Shown one piece after another: positions 1 to 10,822 of a DNA stretch of 64,000 nt (the first letter of the stretch is position 1; each line of letters opens with the position of its first letter). The DNA is taken from contig CAVYWD010000009.1 of the NCBI GenBank assembly GCA_963772225.1, forward strand, positions 153,063 through 217,062. The letters are read 5' to 3'. The DNA is from an uncultured delta proteobacterium. Its GTDB lineage: Bacteria; Myxococcota; Myxococcia; Myxococcales; UBA5297. The notes under the pieces are model-generated. The model worked only from the letters and a program-made list of their open reading frames with translations. It did not search any database and was not told the DNA's origin. A program made the translations under genes and the position numbers.

Positions 1-840
1 TTCGTCGCCCCCGTCACGGTGGCTTTGAACGCGACGGTTCCACCTGCCGAGACCGACGTCGAGTGCGGCGCGACCGCCACCGAGACCGGCGAGGTCACCG
101 TCACTGTGCCGGTATCACTCTTCGACGCGTCGGCGCTGCTCTTGGCGACCACGTGGCAGGTCGCCCCCGCCGCCGGCGCCGTGTAGACCCCCGCCTGCGT
201 CACCGAGCCACACCCTGAGCTCTCCTGCACCGACCACGTCACCGCGGTGTTCGTCGCCCCCGTCACGGTGGCTTTGAACGCGACGGTTCCACCTGCTGAG
301 ACCGACGTCGAGTGCGGCGCGACCGCCACCGAGACCGGCGAGATCACCGTCACCGTGGCAGTATCGCTCTTCGACGCGTCGGCGCTGCTCTTGGCGACCA
401 CGTGGCAAGTCGCCCGCCGCCGGCGCCGTGTAGACCCCCGCCTGCGTCACCGAGCCACACCCCGAGCTCTCCTGCACCGACCACGTCACCGCGGCGTTCG
501 TCGCCCCCGTCACGGTGGCTTTGAACGCGACGGTTCCACCTGCCGAGACCGACGTCGAATGCGGCGCGACCGCCACCGTGACGGGCACGCTCACGGTCAC
601 CGTGGCGATATCGCTCTTCGACGCATCGGCGCTGCTCGTCGCGACCACATGGCAGGTCGCCCCCGCCGCCGGCGCCGTATAGACCCCCGCCTGCGTCACC
701 CACCCGCACCCCGAGCTCTCCTGCACCGACCACGTCACCGCCACGTTCGTCGCCCCTGTCACCGTGGCCTTGAACGCCACCGTCCCACCTCCCGTCACCG
801 AAGCGGTCCGCGGGGAGATCGCCACGGCAACCTGCGGCTT
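1..840. repeat. Near-identical 249-bp intragenic tandem repeats
   Basis: 'ttcgtcgcccc' unit starts at 1, 250, 497 and 746 (spacing 249, 247, 249). Confidence 0.9.
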
Positions 841-1689
841 CGCCGACACGGTCACCGTCGCCGCATCGCTCTTGGTCGGGTCGGCGGCGCTGGTGGCCAC
901 GACGTGGCAAGTCGCGGCGGATACGGGCGCGGAATAGAGCCCGACTTGAGTCACCGCGCCGCATCCCGAACCCTCTTGGATTGACCAGACCACCGCCAAA
1001 TTCGCGGAGCCCGTCACAGCGGCGGCGAAAGTCACCTGCCCGCCGATGAGCGCAGACGCCACGTGCGGCGACACCGCGACGGCGACCACCGGAGGCGGCG
1101 ATACGGTGATGGTCGCGACGTCGCTGCGGGTTGGGTCGGCGCCGCTGGTCGCGATGACGTGGCAAATGGCGGCCTGCGAAGGCGCCGCGTACGCGCCCTG
1201 TGGCGTGATGGAGCCGCAGTCGCTGGGCTCGTCGATCGACCAGGTCACGGCCGTGTTCGCGCTCCCGGTCACGGCCGCGGTGAACTGAATCGAGCCGCCG
1301 GCCTCCACCGTGGGCGTGCTCGGCGAGATCGCCACCGAGATCCCCGAGTCCGGCGAACCGGTCACCTCGACCACCACCGAGGCACCGGCGCTCGGATTCG
1401 CGTGAGGCCTTGCCACGACGTGGTACACGCCGTCCCGCGGCGGGGCCGTGTAGACCCCGTCGCTGGTGATCGACCCGCCGTCGGCCTCGCTCACGCTCCA
1501 GAGCACCGACGAGTCCGAGCCCCCCGCGACGGTCGCGGTGAACGACAAGGTTCCCAGGGGCTTCACCTCCGCGGTGTTGGGCGAGATCTGCACTTGGACG
1601 GCGGGACCGCCCGTCGCAGCCCCAGTGCAGCCGATGAGAGCGGCAATCGCTGCCATGGGCGCGAATGAAGCGCGGGAGTTCGAATTCAT
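1..1689 (-). CDS. Surface (lipo)protein with tandem bacterial Ig-like (BIG2-type) repeats; runs off the left edge; apparent -2 frameshift near 412
   Basis: Starts MNSNSRASFAPMAAIAALIGC (hydrophobic stretch plus Cys). About 83-aa repeats 'VAVAP..SVSAGGTVAFKATVTGATNxAVTWSVQESSGCGSVTQAGVYTAPAAGATCHVVATS'. The copy at ~412 lacks 2 C relative to its sister repeats, and the repeats continue in the other frame to position 1. Confidence 0.8.
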
Positions 1690-2093
1690 GGTTGGCCTTT
1701 CGTGCCCTTCGGCTCGAATCGGAACCTGGACCAGCAGAATTGCCTGCGGCGGCTCTCCCGACCTCAGACTCCAGAATCGCACACCGCGCTTCCGGTTTTC
1801 TAGACGCCCACAGGGGCTCGGCTCCACAGTGCGACAGCAGCCTGCCTCGAGGCACGGCGCCCTACCTCATGGACTTCGCTGAAGGCGACGTGTCCCGATC
1901 TCAAAGGCGCACGGAGGCCGCCTCCCTCCGAGCAACGCAAGGAGCGTGACCGCGGCGCGGCCCGCGCATTCAATTCAAGAAGGGTGACCCACCGGCGCGC
2001 GCCGAAAGGCGCTGCGGAGCTGGAGCAACGCTCGACGTGCGGGCGTGCGCTCGTCCTCTTGTCAGGCGAAATGCCCCTCGGCCGAGCCGCCGC

Positions 2094-2285
2094 TCAGTCC
2101 AGGCTCGCCAGCCGCGCGTAGCTGTCGTAGCGGGACTGCATGGAGCTCACGTACCGAACCGGCTCCCTAGCAGCGGCAGTACCCGTAGCGGGCGCGCTGA
2201 GCGTGCTCGGGCGTGCTCATGAGCTGCATCGCCTTCTTCACGTTGTTGAACCGGCGGTCGGGGTCGAGCTTCACCGCGCCATACC
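2094..2285 (-). pseudogene. 3' remnant of an MltF-like lytic transglycosylase
   Basis: Manual translation, not in the ORF track: VKLDPDRRFNNVKKAMQLMSTPEHAQRARYGYCRC/(frameshift)REPVRYVSSMQSRYDSYARLASLD*. This resembles the MltF SLT C-terminus (ARYGY-RG-EPV-YV). Confidence 0.65.
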
Positions 2286-2347
2286 GGGAACCGAGCGCGC
2301 CGTCTCGCCTTGAAATCGCGATGGGCCAGGCTCGCGCCGGTCGCACG

Positions 2348-2385
2348 AAAAAGCGGCGCCCGATCCGATTCGGACCGGGCGCCGC
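2348..2385 (-). terminator. Intrinsic terminator downstream of acs
   Basis: Stem gcggcgcccg...cgggcgccgc followed by a T5 run on the minus strand. Confidence 0.7.
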
Positions 2386-2497
2386 ATGAAACGGAACGCG
2401 ACTCGCGTTCGAGCCCCGCTAGACACCTGTATGCGGCGCATTCCTCACGATTGAGTCAAGCGTCGGTTCGAGGCCGAGCGCGCAGCGCGCAGCTTCG

Positions 2498-4408
2498 CTA
2501 GGACTCGAGGGTCGAGAGGTCACCCTCAGGGAGCCCCTGCGCCCGGGCTTTCAGCAGGCGGCGCATGATCTTGCCCGACCGCGTCTTGGGAAGCGTGTCG
2601 ACGAACTCGACCTTCTCCGGGCGAGCGATGGGGCCTATCTCCTTGCCGACGTGGACGGCCAGCTCGTCGGCGAGCGCCGTCGAGGGCGCGCGGCCCGCGC
2701 GCAAAGTCACGTAGGCGTAGATGACGTTGCCCTTGACCTCGTGCGGGATGCCGATGGCCGCCGCCTCCGAGACCGCGGGGTGGCTGACCAGGGCGCTTTC
2801 GATCTCCGCGGTGCCCAGGCGGTAGCCGCTCACCTTGATGACGTCGTCGACGCGGCCGATGATCCAGTGGTAGCCGTCCTTGTCGCAGCGCGCCGAATCG
2901 CCGGTGAAGTACTTGCCGGGATACGTGGACCAGTACTGCTTCACGTAGCGCTCCGGGTCCTTGTAGATGCCGCGCAGCATCGCCGGCCACGGATAGGTGA
3001 TAACGAGCTTGCCCTCCTCTCCCGGGGCGACCTGCTTGCCGTCCTCGCCGAGGATCTCGGTGCGGATGCCCGGGAACGGCTTGGTCCCGGAGCCGGGCTT
3101 GAGCGGCAGCGACGGCACGGGCGTGATCATGAAAGCGCCGGTCTCCGTCTGCCACCAGGTGTCGATGATGGGGCAGCGGCTGCCGCCGATGACCCGGTGG
3201 TACCAGCGCCAGGCTTCGGGGTTGATGGGCTCGCCCACGCTTCCCAGGATGCGCAGCGTGGACAAGTCGTGGCGCGCGACCCAGGACTCGCCGTAGCGCA
3301 TGAGGCCGCGGATGGCGGTGGGCGCGGTGTAGAGAATGTTGACTCCGTACTTCTCCACGATGCGCCACCAGCGGTCCGGGTACGGGAACGTCGGCGCGCC
3401 TTCGTAGATGATCGACGTCGCCCCGAGGATGAGCGGCGCGTAGACGATATAGCTGTGGCCGGTGATCCAGCCTGGATCGGCCGCGCACCACCAGCGATCC
3501 TCGGGCCTCAGGTCGAAGGCGTACTTCATGGTCGAGGTGACGCCCACCATGTAGCCGCCATGCGTGTGCAAGATGCCCTTGGGCTTGCCGGTCGTCCCCG
3601 AGGTATAGAGCAGGAAGAGCGGGTCCTCGGCGTCCATGACCTCGGTCGGCGTCTTGACCGCGTTGCCGCTGCGGGTCATGGGCAGCGCCATCAGGTCGTC
3701 GTAGTAGTAGTCGCGGCCCTGCTCCATGTTGACCGGTTCTTTGGTGCGCCGCACGACGATGACGTTCTCCACCGTCCCCGAGCGGTGCAGCGCCTCGTCG
3801 GCGATCTCCTTGAGCTTCACCACCTTGCCGCGCATGTAGCCGCCGTCGGCGGTGATGAGGACCTTGCTCTCGCTGTCCTGGATGCGCTCGGCCAAGGCCT
3901 CGACCGAGAACCCGCCGTAGACCACCGAGTGCACCGCGCCAACCTTGGCGACGGCGAGCATGGAGATGGGCAACTCCAGCACGCGCGGCAGGTAAATGGT
4001 GACGCGGTCGCCCTTCTTGATGCCCATGCTCTTGAGCACGTAGGCGAACTTGGAGACCTCGCGGTTGAGCGCGTGGTAGCTCATGGTCCGGACTTCGCCG
4101 GCCTCGCCTTCCCAAATATAGGCGAGCTTGTTGCGCACCGGCGTCGACTGGTGCCGGTCGAGCGCGTTGGCCACGATGTTCGTTTGAGCTCCGACGAACC
4201 ACTTGAAGAACGGCGGGTTCGAGTCGTCGAGCACTTTGTTCCACGGCTTGTACCAGAACAGCTCGCGGGCCTCGGCCTCCCAGAAGGCCTGGGGGTTCTC
4301 GTTGGCCTTGTTCCGCAGGGCGTCGTAGTCGCGGACACGGTAGCCTTTTACCGACTGCTCGTCGGCCCTCCAGAGCTCGTTTTGCGAGCAATCCTCTTCC
4401 ACTCTCAT
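2498..4408 (-). CDS. acs: Acetate--CoA ligase (AMP-forming)
   Basis: YTSGTTGKPKG, DTWWQTETG, GRVDDVIKVSGYRLG and LPKTRSGKIMRR motifs. AAAGGAG RBS precedes the ATG at 4408. Confidence 0.95.
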   Translation of the reverse strand: MRVEEDCSQNELWRADEQSVKGYRVRDYDALRNKANENPQAFWEAEARELFWYKPWNKVLDDSNPPFFKWFVGAQTNIVANALDRHQSTPVRNKLAYIWEGEAGEVRTMSYHALNREVSKFAYVLKSMGIKKGDRVTIYLPRVLELPISMLAVAKVGAVHSVVYGGFSVEALAERIQDSESKVLITADGGYMRGKVVKLKEIADEALHRSGTVENVIVVRRTKEPVNMEQGRDYYYDDLMALPMTRSGNAVKTPTEVMDAEDPLFLLYTSGTTGKPKGILHTHGGYMVGVTSTMKYAFDLRPEDRWWCAADPGWITGHSYIVYAPLILGATSIIYEGAPTFPYPDRWWRIVEKYGVNILYTAPTAIRGLMRYGESWVARHDLSTLRILGSVGEPINPEAWRWYHRVIGGSRCPIIDTWWQTETGAFMITPVPSLPLKPGSGTKPFPGIRTEILGEDGKQVAPGEEGKLVITYPWPAMLRGIYKDPERYVKQYWSTYPGKYFTGDSARCDKDGYHWIIGRVDDVIKVSGYRLGTAEIESALVSHPAVSEAAAIGIPHEVKGNVIYAYVTLRAGRAPSTALADELAVHVGKEIGPIARPEKVEFVDTLPKTRSGKIMRRLLKARAQGLPEGDLSTLES

Positions 4409-4474
4409 CGGCGGTTCTCCTTTGGGAGGTTTTCCAAGGGCAAGAGACGGCTTCACATCACTTCGTCATCAGAG

Positions 4475-4677
4475 CCTTCATCCGGTGTTTCGGAGTCCGG
4501 CGGCAGTTCCACTGACTGGCAACCGAGAAGACTCCCGGTTTCCAAGGCGCCTTCTCCGGTGTTCCTGAGTCCGGCGGCAATTCCACTGACTGGGCAACCG
4601 AGAAACCTCTTCGGTCCCGAGATACCTCATCCGGTGTTCCTGAGTCCGGCGGCAATTCCACTGATAGTCAACAAGAG
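4475..4677 (-). repeat. Three degenerate ~75-bp-period copies of the ppc 3' end
   Basis: Core tccggtgttcctgagtccggcggcaattccactga at ~4481, ~4555 and ~4630; the last lies within the ppc coding end. Confidence 0.9.
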
Positions 4678-7320
4678 CGCACGCCCCCAGCCCGGCTCTC
4701 CCGCGCGCTTGCGCCGCAGGAGCTCCACCTGGAGAAACGACATTGGGTCGATGTAGGGATTGCGCAGGGCGACGGACCGCTGGAGCACGGGGTTGTCGTC
4801 CAGGAGCCCCTTGTTCCCCAGGAGCTCCAGCACCCAGCGGACCGTGAGCGCGTGCTCCCGCTCGATGCGCGGCCAGACCGCCTGGCGCGCGGCCTCGGGC
4901 GCGAGCGCGGCGTAGCGCGCGGCGATGTCCAGGTCCACTTTGGCAAGGACGCCTTCCAGCTTCTCCAGGAGGGTCCGGAAGAAGGGCCAGGTCCGGGCCA
5001 TCTCGGAGAGCAGCGCGCGGCCGGACGGCGTGGCCGCCCGCGCTTCGAGCGCGCTCCCCACCCCGTACCAGGCCGGCAGGATGATGCGGCACTGGTTCCA
5101 GGCGAAGACCCAGGGGATGGCGCGCAGCGCCTCCAGGCCGCCGTCGCGCCGCTTGGCGGGGCGCGAGCCGATGTTGAGCTCGCCAATCTCGCCGATGGGC
5201 GTCGCGCTCTGGAAGAACTCGAGGAAGCGCGGCTCCTCCCAGACCAGCGCCCGGTAGGCCTCGCGCCCCACCTGCGCCAAGGCGTCGAGCTCGCCCCAAT
5301 ACCGCTCGTCGCCGTCCTCGCCCGGGCGCTGGTGGGCGCCGAGCGTGTGCAGCAGCGCGCCGCCCGTGTAGAGCTCGAGGGTGCGCAGCGCCAGCGCCGG
5401 CCGGAAGTACTTGTGGTCCAGCGCTTCTCCCTGCTCGGTGACCTTGAAGCGGCCATTCACCCCGCCGCTGGGCATGGCCAGGATGGCCGCCTGCGCCGGG
5501 CCGCCGCCGCGCGCGACGGTCTCGCCGCGGCCGTGAAAGAAGAAGATGGGTACGTCCAGGCGCCGCGAGGCCTCGATGAGCGCGCGCTGGGCCTCGCGCA
5601 GCGCTACCGCGCCGCCGAGGAGCCCGACCTCCTTGTTGGAGTCGCTGTAGCCGAGCATCACCTCCTGCCCGCCGCGGGACAGCACGTGGGCGCGGTAGGC
5701 GGCGTCCTGCAGCGCCTCGGCGAGGATGGCCGGAGCGCGCTTCAGCGCGTCGAACGTCTCGAACAGCGGGACGATGTCCAGGCTCACGGCGCCGGTCGCG
5801 GGGTCGGTCACGCCGCAGGCTCGCGCGCAGCGAAGCGCGGCCCAGAGGTCCTGAGCGGCGCCCGCCATGGAGAGGACCAGCGTCCGGCAAGCGCCCTCGC
5901 CGCCTTCGCGCTGGGCGCTCGCCACCTTCGAGAGCACGCCTAGGATCCGCTCGGCGGCAGGCGTCCTCTCGGCGACCGGCTGCGCCGGGTCGGCCTCGCG
6001 CAGGTCGGAGGCCGCGGCGCGCACCTCGAGCTCGCAGAGGTGCACGCCCAAGGTCCGCACGCGCTCGAGGACGGCGCGCACCCTGCGCTCGCCGGCGTTG
6101 CGGCAGCCCGCCTCCAGCAGCGTTTCGTCCACGAGCTGCAGCTCGGCCTCAAGCTCCTCCGCGCCGATGGCCGCGAGCCTGTCCCGCTCGGCCCGGGCGT
6201 CCCGCGGGCCGCTTCCGTGAGCCGCTGCGTGGCGCCGGCGCTCGACCTCGGCCCGCGTCGCCTCGAGGCGGGCCTCGAGGAGGAAGAGCTTGCGCCGCCA
6301 GGGCTCGCCCACGGTGCTGGGCGCCTGCGCCGGAGCCAACCACGGCAGCCGCTCCTCGTCGCGGGCCACGGAGGCCCGCAGGCGCTCCGGCACCCGGACC
6401 AGGCGCTCGGAATGCGACAGCGTGTCGCCCAGCTCGCGCACCTCGGCGACCAGCAGCTTGAGGCCGCGCTCGTGGTAGGCGCGCACGGCGTCCTCGAAGA
6501 CCTCGGGCGTGACCCGCGGGTTGCCGTCGGTGTCGCCGCCGGCCCAGGAGTGGAGTCGCAGCGGCGACGGGTCGAAGCCCAGCGGCTCGCCGTAGGCGCT
6601 CTCGAAGGCGCGCCGGAGCGACCGCGAGAGCCGGGCGGAAACCCCGAAGAGGACGTTCTCCACGTACCAGGCGACGCTCTTCACCTCGTCGCCGACCCGC
6701 GGCCGCTCGCGGCGCAGCTCGTCGGAGAGCCAGAGCCGGGCCACCAGCTCCAGCACCTCGCGGTTGGCCTCTTCGCTCTCCTCGGGGGTGAGGTCGCAGC
6801 GGTCGCGCGCCTCGAGCATCCCGGCGATGCGCTCCAGCTTTTGGAGCGCGGTGCGCCGCGCCGCCTGAGTCGGGTGCGCCGTGAACGTGAGCGTGACCCG
6901 CAGCCGGCGGATGGCTTCGCGGACCGACTCGGCGGTGGCGCCGGCCTTGCGCGCGTCGGCGAGGACGGCGGCAAGCGAGCCAGGCTGGGGCGAGGCCGTC
7001 GGGTCCATCGCGCTGGCGCGGGCGCGCCGAACGCGATGGTGCTGCTCGGCCAGGTTGACGAGCTGAAAGTAGACCGCGAAAGCGCGGATGACCGGCACAG
7101 CGCGCTCGGGCGTCAGGTCGGCGAGCATTTGCGAGAGCCGCCGCGAGGCCTCCTGAGCGGCTTCGGGGGCGCCGCGCCTGCGGTCGAGGGCGAGCCCGCG
7201 CACCTCCTCCTCGAGCGCGTACAGGGCCTCGCCCTCGTGCTCCTGGAGCGCGCGCCCCAGCTGTTCGCCGAGGAAGCGCACGTCGTAGCGGAGGGGGTCG
7301 TCGACCTGGCGTTGCATCAT
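4627..7320 (-). CDS. ppc: Phosphoenolpyruvate carboxylase
   Basis: FTAHPT, SWAGGDTDGNP, VPLFET, QEVMLGYSDSNKEVG, FHGRGETVARGGGP, LRAIPWVF and C-terminal GIAAGLRNTG. Confidence 0.95.
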   Translation of the reverse strand: MMQRQVDDPLRYDVRFLGEQLGRALQEHEGEALYALEEEVRGLALDRRRGAPEAAQEASRRLSQMLADLTPERAVPVIRAFAVYFQLVNLAEQHHRVRRARASAMDPTASPQPGSLAAVLADARKAGATAESVREAIRRLRVTLTFTAHPTQAARRTALQKLERIAGMLEARDRCDLTPEESEEANREVLELVARLWLSDELRRERPRVGDEVKSVAWYVENVLFGVSARLSRSLRRAFESAYGEPLGFDPSPLRLHSWAGGDTDGNPRVTPEVFEDAVRAYHERGLKLLVAEVRELGDTLSHSERLVRVPERLRASVARDEERLPWLAPAQAPSTVGEPWRRKLFLLEARLEATRAEVERRRHAAAHGSGPRDARAERDRLAAIGAEELEAELQLVDETLLEAGCRNAGERRVRAVLERVRTLGVHLCELEVRAAASDLREADPAQPVAERTPAAERILGVLSKVASAQREGGEGACRTLVLSMAGAAQDLWAALRCARACGVTDPATGAVSLDIVPLFETFDALKRAPAILAEALQDAAYRAHVLSRGGQEVMLGYSDSNKEVGLLGGAVALREAQRALIEASRRLDVPIFFFHGRGETVARGGGPAQAAILAMPSGGVNGRFKVTEQGEALDHKYFRPALALRTLELYTGGALLHTLGAHQRPGEDGDERYWGELDALAQVGREAYRALVWEEPRFLEFFQSATPIGEIGELNIGSRPAKRRDGGLEALRAIPWVFAWNQCRIILPAWYGVGSALEARAATPSGRALLSEMARTWPFFRTLLEKLEGVLAKVDLDIAARYAALAPEAARQAVWPRIEREHALTVRWVLELLGNKGLLDDNPVLQRSVALRNPYIDPMSFLQVELLRRKRAGEPGWGRALLLTISGIAAGLRNTG

Positions 7321-7457
7321 TTCGGCTCAGGGTGCCGCGAGCCGGCCCATGATGGCAAGCAAAGCGTCATGGCCGCCATTCAAAAGAACTAGTTATGGAC
7401 TCGAAAAGCGACGCTGGAGCACCAATCGGCCCCGGGCCTCTTCGCCCGCTCGGTGCC

Positions 7458-7910
7458 CTAGCGGCCGGTGGAGCCGAAGCCCCCTGCCCCGCGGGCGCTG
7501 GCCGCCAGCGCGTCGACCTCGACGAGCTCGGCCTGGACGACTGGCGCGAAGAGGATCTGCGCGATGCGCTCCCCGCGCGCGGCCTGGAACGGCTCGGCCG
7601 AGAGGTTGACGAGGCACACCTGAACCTCGCCGCGGTAGTCGCTGTCGATGGTGCCCGGGGCGTTGGCCACCGTCACGCCGAACTTGGTCGCGAGCCCGCT
7701 GCGCGGGCGAACCTGGCCCTCGTAGCCGGGCGGGAGCTCCAGGGAGAGGCCGGTCGGGACGAGCTTGCGCCCCATCGGCGGAAGCTCGAACGCGACGTCC
7801 GCGCACAAGTCCATGCCCGCCGCGCCGGCGGACATGTAGCGCGGCAAGGCCAACGGCGCCCCGCGCTCGCCACCCCCGACCCTCGACACCCTGACGCAAA
7901 GCCTCTCCAT
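7458..7910 (-). CDS. dut: dUTP diphosphatase
   Basis: [33 protein letters not shown] and [10 protein letters not shown] motifs. Confidence 0.95.
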   Translation of the reverse strand: MERLCVRVSRVGGGERGAPLALPRYMSAGAAGMDLCADVAFELPPMGRKLVPTGLSLELPPGYEGQVRPRSGLATKFGVTVANAPGTIDSDYRGEVQVCLVNLSAEPFQAARGERIAQILFAPVVQAELVEVDALAASARGAGGFGSTGR

Positions 7911-7920
7911 GCTGTCCCCA

Positions 7921-7957
7921 AACGAAGGCGGGGCCGCGAATCTCACGGCCCCGCCTT
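7921..7957 (-). terminator. Hairpin/terminator after pnp
   Basis: 12-bp stem aaggcggggccg / cggccccgcctt, then cgttt on the minus strand. Confidence 0.6.
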
Positions 7958-8001
7958 GCTCAAGCTCATCTGTCAAGCTTCATAAGTTACCTTACTGCCA
8001 C

Positions 8002-10287
8002 TCAGGCCTGGCCGGAGCCTCCGCCCTCGCCGCCGCCGCCGCCGCCTTCATGGCGCTCGTGGCGCCCGCCGCTCCCGCCGCTTCGTCCGCCGCGCCGGTC
8101 GCGGTCGCGGCCGCCGCGGTCGCGATCGCGATCGCCGCGCGGCCGCTCTTCGCGGTCCGGGCGCGGGGTGAGCGGGAGGACGTCGCCCTCCTTCGAGTTC
8201 AACGCCTCCTTGCGCGACAGGCGGATCTTCCCGGTGCGGTCGACGCTGATGACCTTGACCAGGACCTCGTCGCCCTCCTTGAGGACGTCGCCGACCTGCT
8301 CGACGCGCTTGTCGGCGAGCTCGCTGATGTGCACGAGCCCGTCGGTGCCCGGGAAGAGCTCCACGAACGCGCCGAACTCGGCGAGCTTGCGGACCGTGCC
8401 CAGGTACACCCGGCCAATCTCGGCCTCCTGGGTGAGGTTCTTGACCATCTTGATGGCCTGCTCGACCTGCGCCGCGTTGTTCGAGGCAATGGCCACCGAG
8501 CCGTCGTCCTCGACGTTGATGGAGCAGTTGGTGCGCGCGATGATGTCGCGGATCACCTTGCCGCCGGGCCCGATGACGTCCTTGATGCGCTCCGGGCGGA
8601 TCTTGATGGTCGTGATGCGCGGCGCCCACTGGCTGATCTCGTTGCGCGGCGCCGGAAGCGTCGCCGCCATCTTCCCAAGGATATGGAGGCGGCCGACGCG
8701 GGCCTGCTCCAGCGCCCGGGCGAGGATCTCGCGGGAGACGCCGGTCACCTTGATGTCCATCTGGATGGCGGTGATGCCGGCGGCCGTGCCGCACACCTTG
8801 AAGTCCATGTCGCCCAGGTGGTCCTCGTCGCCCAGGATGTCCGAGAGGATGGCCACCCGCTCGCCTTCCTTGATGAGCCCCATGGCGATGCCGGCCACCG
8901 GCGCCGTGATGGGCACGCCGGCGTCCATCAGCGCGAGGCAGCCGCCGCAGACCGAGGCCATGGACGAGCTGCCGTTGGACTCGAGGATGTCGGAGACGAC
9001 GCGCACGGTGTAGGGGAACTTCGCTTCCTCACCGGGCATCACCTGGCGAAGCGCGCGCTCGGCGAGCGCCCCGTGGCCGATCTCGCGGCGCCCGGCGCTG
9101 CGCATGAACTTCACCTCGCCCACGCTGAAGGGCGGGAAGTTGTAGTGCAGGAGGAACTTCTTGATCACGTCCCCGGTGAGCGTTTCGATCCGCTGCTCAT
9201 CCTCGGACGTGCCCAGGGTGGTGGCCACGATCGCCTGAGTCTCGCCGCGGGTGAAGAGCGCCGAGCCGTGGGTGCGCGGGAGCACGCCCACCTCACAGGT
9301 GATGTCGCGGATCTCGTCGCCCTTGCGCCCGCCGATACGCAGGCCGGTGTCGAGCACCATGCCGCGGACGTAGTCGTACTTGAGGTCCTCGAGGAACGAC
9401 TTGATGGGCTTCTCGGCGGCGAAGTAGCCGTCGCCCAACGTCTCGGCGAAGCGGGCGAGGGTCTCCTTCTTGACCTTGGAGAGCGCCTCGTAACGGGCCT
9501 GCTTCTCGCGGATCTCGTAGGCGGCCTTGACGCCCGGCGAGGCAACCTCGCGGACCTGCGCCTTGAGCGCCTCGTCCACCGCCGGCAGCGCGAAGGTCCG
9601 CTTCGGCTTGCCGAGCGCCGCCCGGAGCTCCTCCTGCGCCTGCAGAGCGGGCTGCGCGGCGCTGTGCGCGAAGAGCAGCGCCTCGACCATCTCGGCCTCG
9701 GCGATCTGCTTGGCACCGCCCTCGACCATCACGATGGCGTCCTTGGACGCGGAGACGACGAGGTCAAGGTCGCTCTCGGCGCGCTGCGCCGCCGTGGGGT
9801 TGGCGATGAGCTTGCCGCCGACCCGGCCGACGCGGACGCCGGCGACAGGGCCGTTGAACGGGATGTCCGAGACATGCAGCGCCGCGGAGGCCGCGGTGAT
9901 GGCGTGCACGTCGGGCTCGTTCTCCATGTCGGCGGAGAGCACGAACGCGATGATCTGCGTCTCGTAGTAAAAGCCCTCGGGGAAGAGCGGCCGCAGCGTG
10001 CGGTCGATGAGCCGGCAGGTCAGCGTCTCCTTCTCGCTGGGTCGGCCCTCCCGCTTGAAGTAGCTGCCGGGGATGCGCCCGGACGCGTAGAGCTTCTCCT
10101 GGTAGTCGACGGTCAGCGGGAAGAAGTCGAGCCCCTCCTTCTTCTCCGATGCCGCGACGGCGGTCACCAGGAGCACGGTGTCGCCGTACCGAACCTGGGC
10201 GCTGCCGTGGGCCTGCTTGGCGATCTTGCCGCTCTCGATGACGAGCTGTCGCTCGCCGAGAGTCGCGGTCTTGGTCACTGCTTGCAT
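8002..10287 (-). CDS. pnp: Polyribonucleotide nucleotidyltransferase
   Basis: [56 protein letters not shown] and S1 domains, and an R/D/G-rich tail. Confidence 0.97.
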   Translation of the reverse strand: MQAVTKTATLGERQLVIESGKIAKQAHGSAQVRYGDTVLLVTAVAASEKKEGLDFFPLTVDYQEKLYASGRIPGSYFKREGRPSEKETLTCRLIDRTLRPLFPEGFYYETQIIAFVLSADMENEPDVHAITAASAALHVSDIPFNGPVAGVRVGRVGGKLIANPTAAQRAESDLDLVVSASKDAIVMVEGGAKQIAEAEMVEALLFAHSAAQPALQAQEELRAALGKPKRTFALPAVDEALKAQVREVASPGVKAAYEIREKQARYEALSKVKKETLARFAETLGDGYFAAEKPIKSFLEDLKYDYVRGMVLDTGLRIGGRKGDEIRDITCEVGVLPRTHGSALFTRGETQAIVATTLGTSEDEQRIETLTGDVIKKFLLHYNFPPFSVGEVKFMRSAGRREIGHGALAERALRQVMPGEEAKFPYTVRVVSDILESNGSSSMASVCGGCLALMDAGVPITAPVAGIAMGLIKEGERVAILSDILGDEDHLGDMDFKVCGTAAGITAIQMDIKVTGVSREILARALEQARVGRLHILGKMAATLPAPRNEISQWAPRITTIKIRPERIKDVIGPGGKVIRDIIARTNCSINVEDDGSVAIASNNAAQVEQAIKMVKNLTQEAEIGRVYLGTVRKLAEFGAFVELFPGTDGLVHISELADKRVEQVGDVLKEGDEVLVKVISVDRTGKIRLSRKEALNSKEGDVLPLTPRPDREERPRGDRDRDRGGRDRDRRGGRSGGSGGRHERHEGGGGGGEGGGSGQA

Positions 10288-10491
10288 GGATCCGTCCTCT
10301 TTCTCGCTCCGCCCTCTCGAGAGGGCAGACGACGATGAGCGGACGAGGCCTGTTTGAGGTTGCCCGCGCTCGCGGCGCCGCTCCCCACGCGGGAAGCTTG
10401 TGCACGTCGAGCGAAGGCTTTGCCGGGCCGTCGAACCGGCCCGATGCCCCAAGAGAAGAGCGCCTCGCCCTCCTTTATGTCTCACCCGTCC

Positions 10492-10610
10492 CGCGGACCG
10501 GAGGCGCTGTTGGGGTCGGCTTTTGATCCCATCGCTGCCGCCCACCCGAGACTTCGTCGGCGGCACCGAAAGAAACCAAAAGGGACCCTTCGCACTCCTC
10601 GCGGTCCGCG
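10492..10610 (-). promoter_or_regulatory. Long imperfect stem-loop in the pnp 5' leader (candidate RNase III processing stem)
   Basis: Nested complementary blocks GCGGACCG/CGGTCCGC, GGGTC/GACCC, TTTTGGTTT/GGATCAAAA and TGCCGCC/GGCGGCA. Confidence 0.55.
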
Positions 10611-10792
10611 CCGCTTTCGGTCCGGGCGCGGCCGGGCTTTAGCGAACCATTCGCCAGCCCGTCACTGCTCGATTCGGCGGCTTGTACCTTCTTCGAAGCC
10701 GCCTTGCTGCCCTAGCCAGCCGGGGCGCGGCGCCCTGCCGGAGCGACAGCTCTGCGATACGACCGGCGCGCGCTTCCAAGCCCGCGCCATGC

Positions 10793-10822
10793 AAGAAGGC
10801 CCGGCATTCGCGCCGGGCCTTC
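10793..10822 (-). terminator. Terminator after rpsO
   Basis: 11-bp stem gaaggcccggc / gccgggccttc, 11 nt after the stop codon. Confidence 0.65.

Noticed and set aside
1690-2090. c-di-GMP riboswitch upstream of the Ig-repeat adhesin
   Set aside because: A GAAA-loop hairpin exists near 1999-2012 but on the wrong strand, and the GGCAAAC/GACGCAAAG signature is absent.
4475-4677. CRISPR array interpretation of the repeats after ppc
   Set aside because: The repeat is the ppc coding end itself, the spacers resemble each other, there are only three degenerate units, and no cas genes are present.
7375-8002. dif/Xer-like 28-mer at 7975-8002 (minus strand AGTGGCAGTAA GGTAAC TTATGAAGCTT) and a weaker TTATG motif near 7393 flanking dut
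   Set aside because: Only the TAA-N6-TTATG core matches and the outer XerD arm does not. The second site lacks TAA, and dut after pnp is an ordinary arrangement. Not supportable without a clade-specific dif model.
8002-8170. R/D/G-rich PNPase tail as a novel domain
   Set aside because: Low-complexity charged tails are common on PNPase in several phyla.
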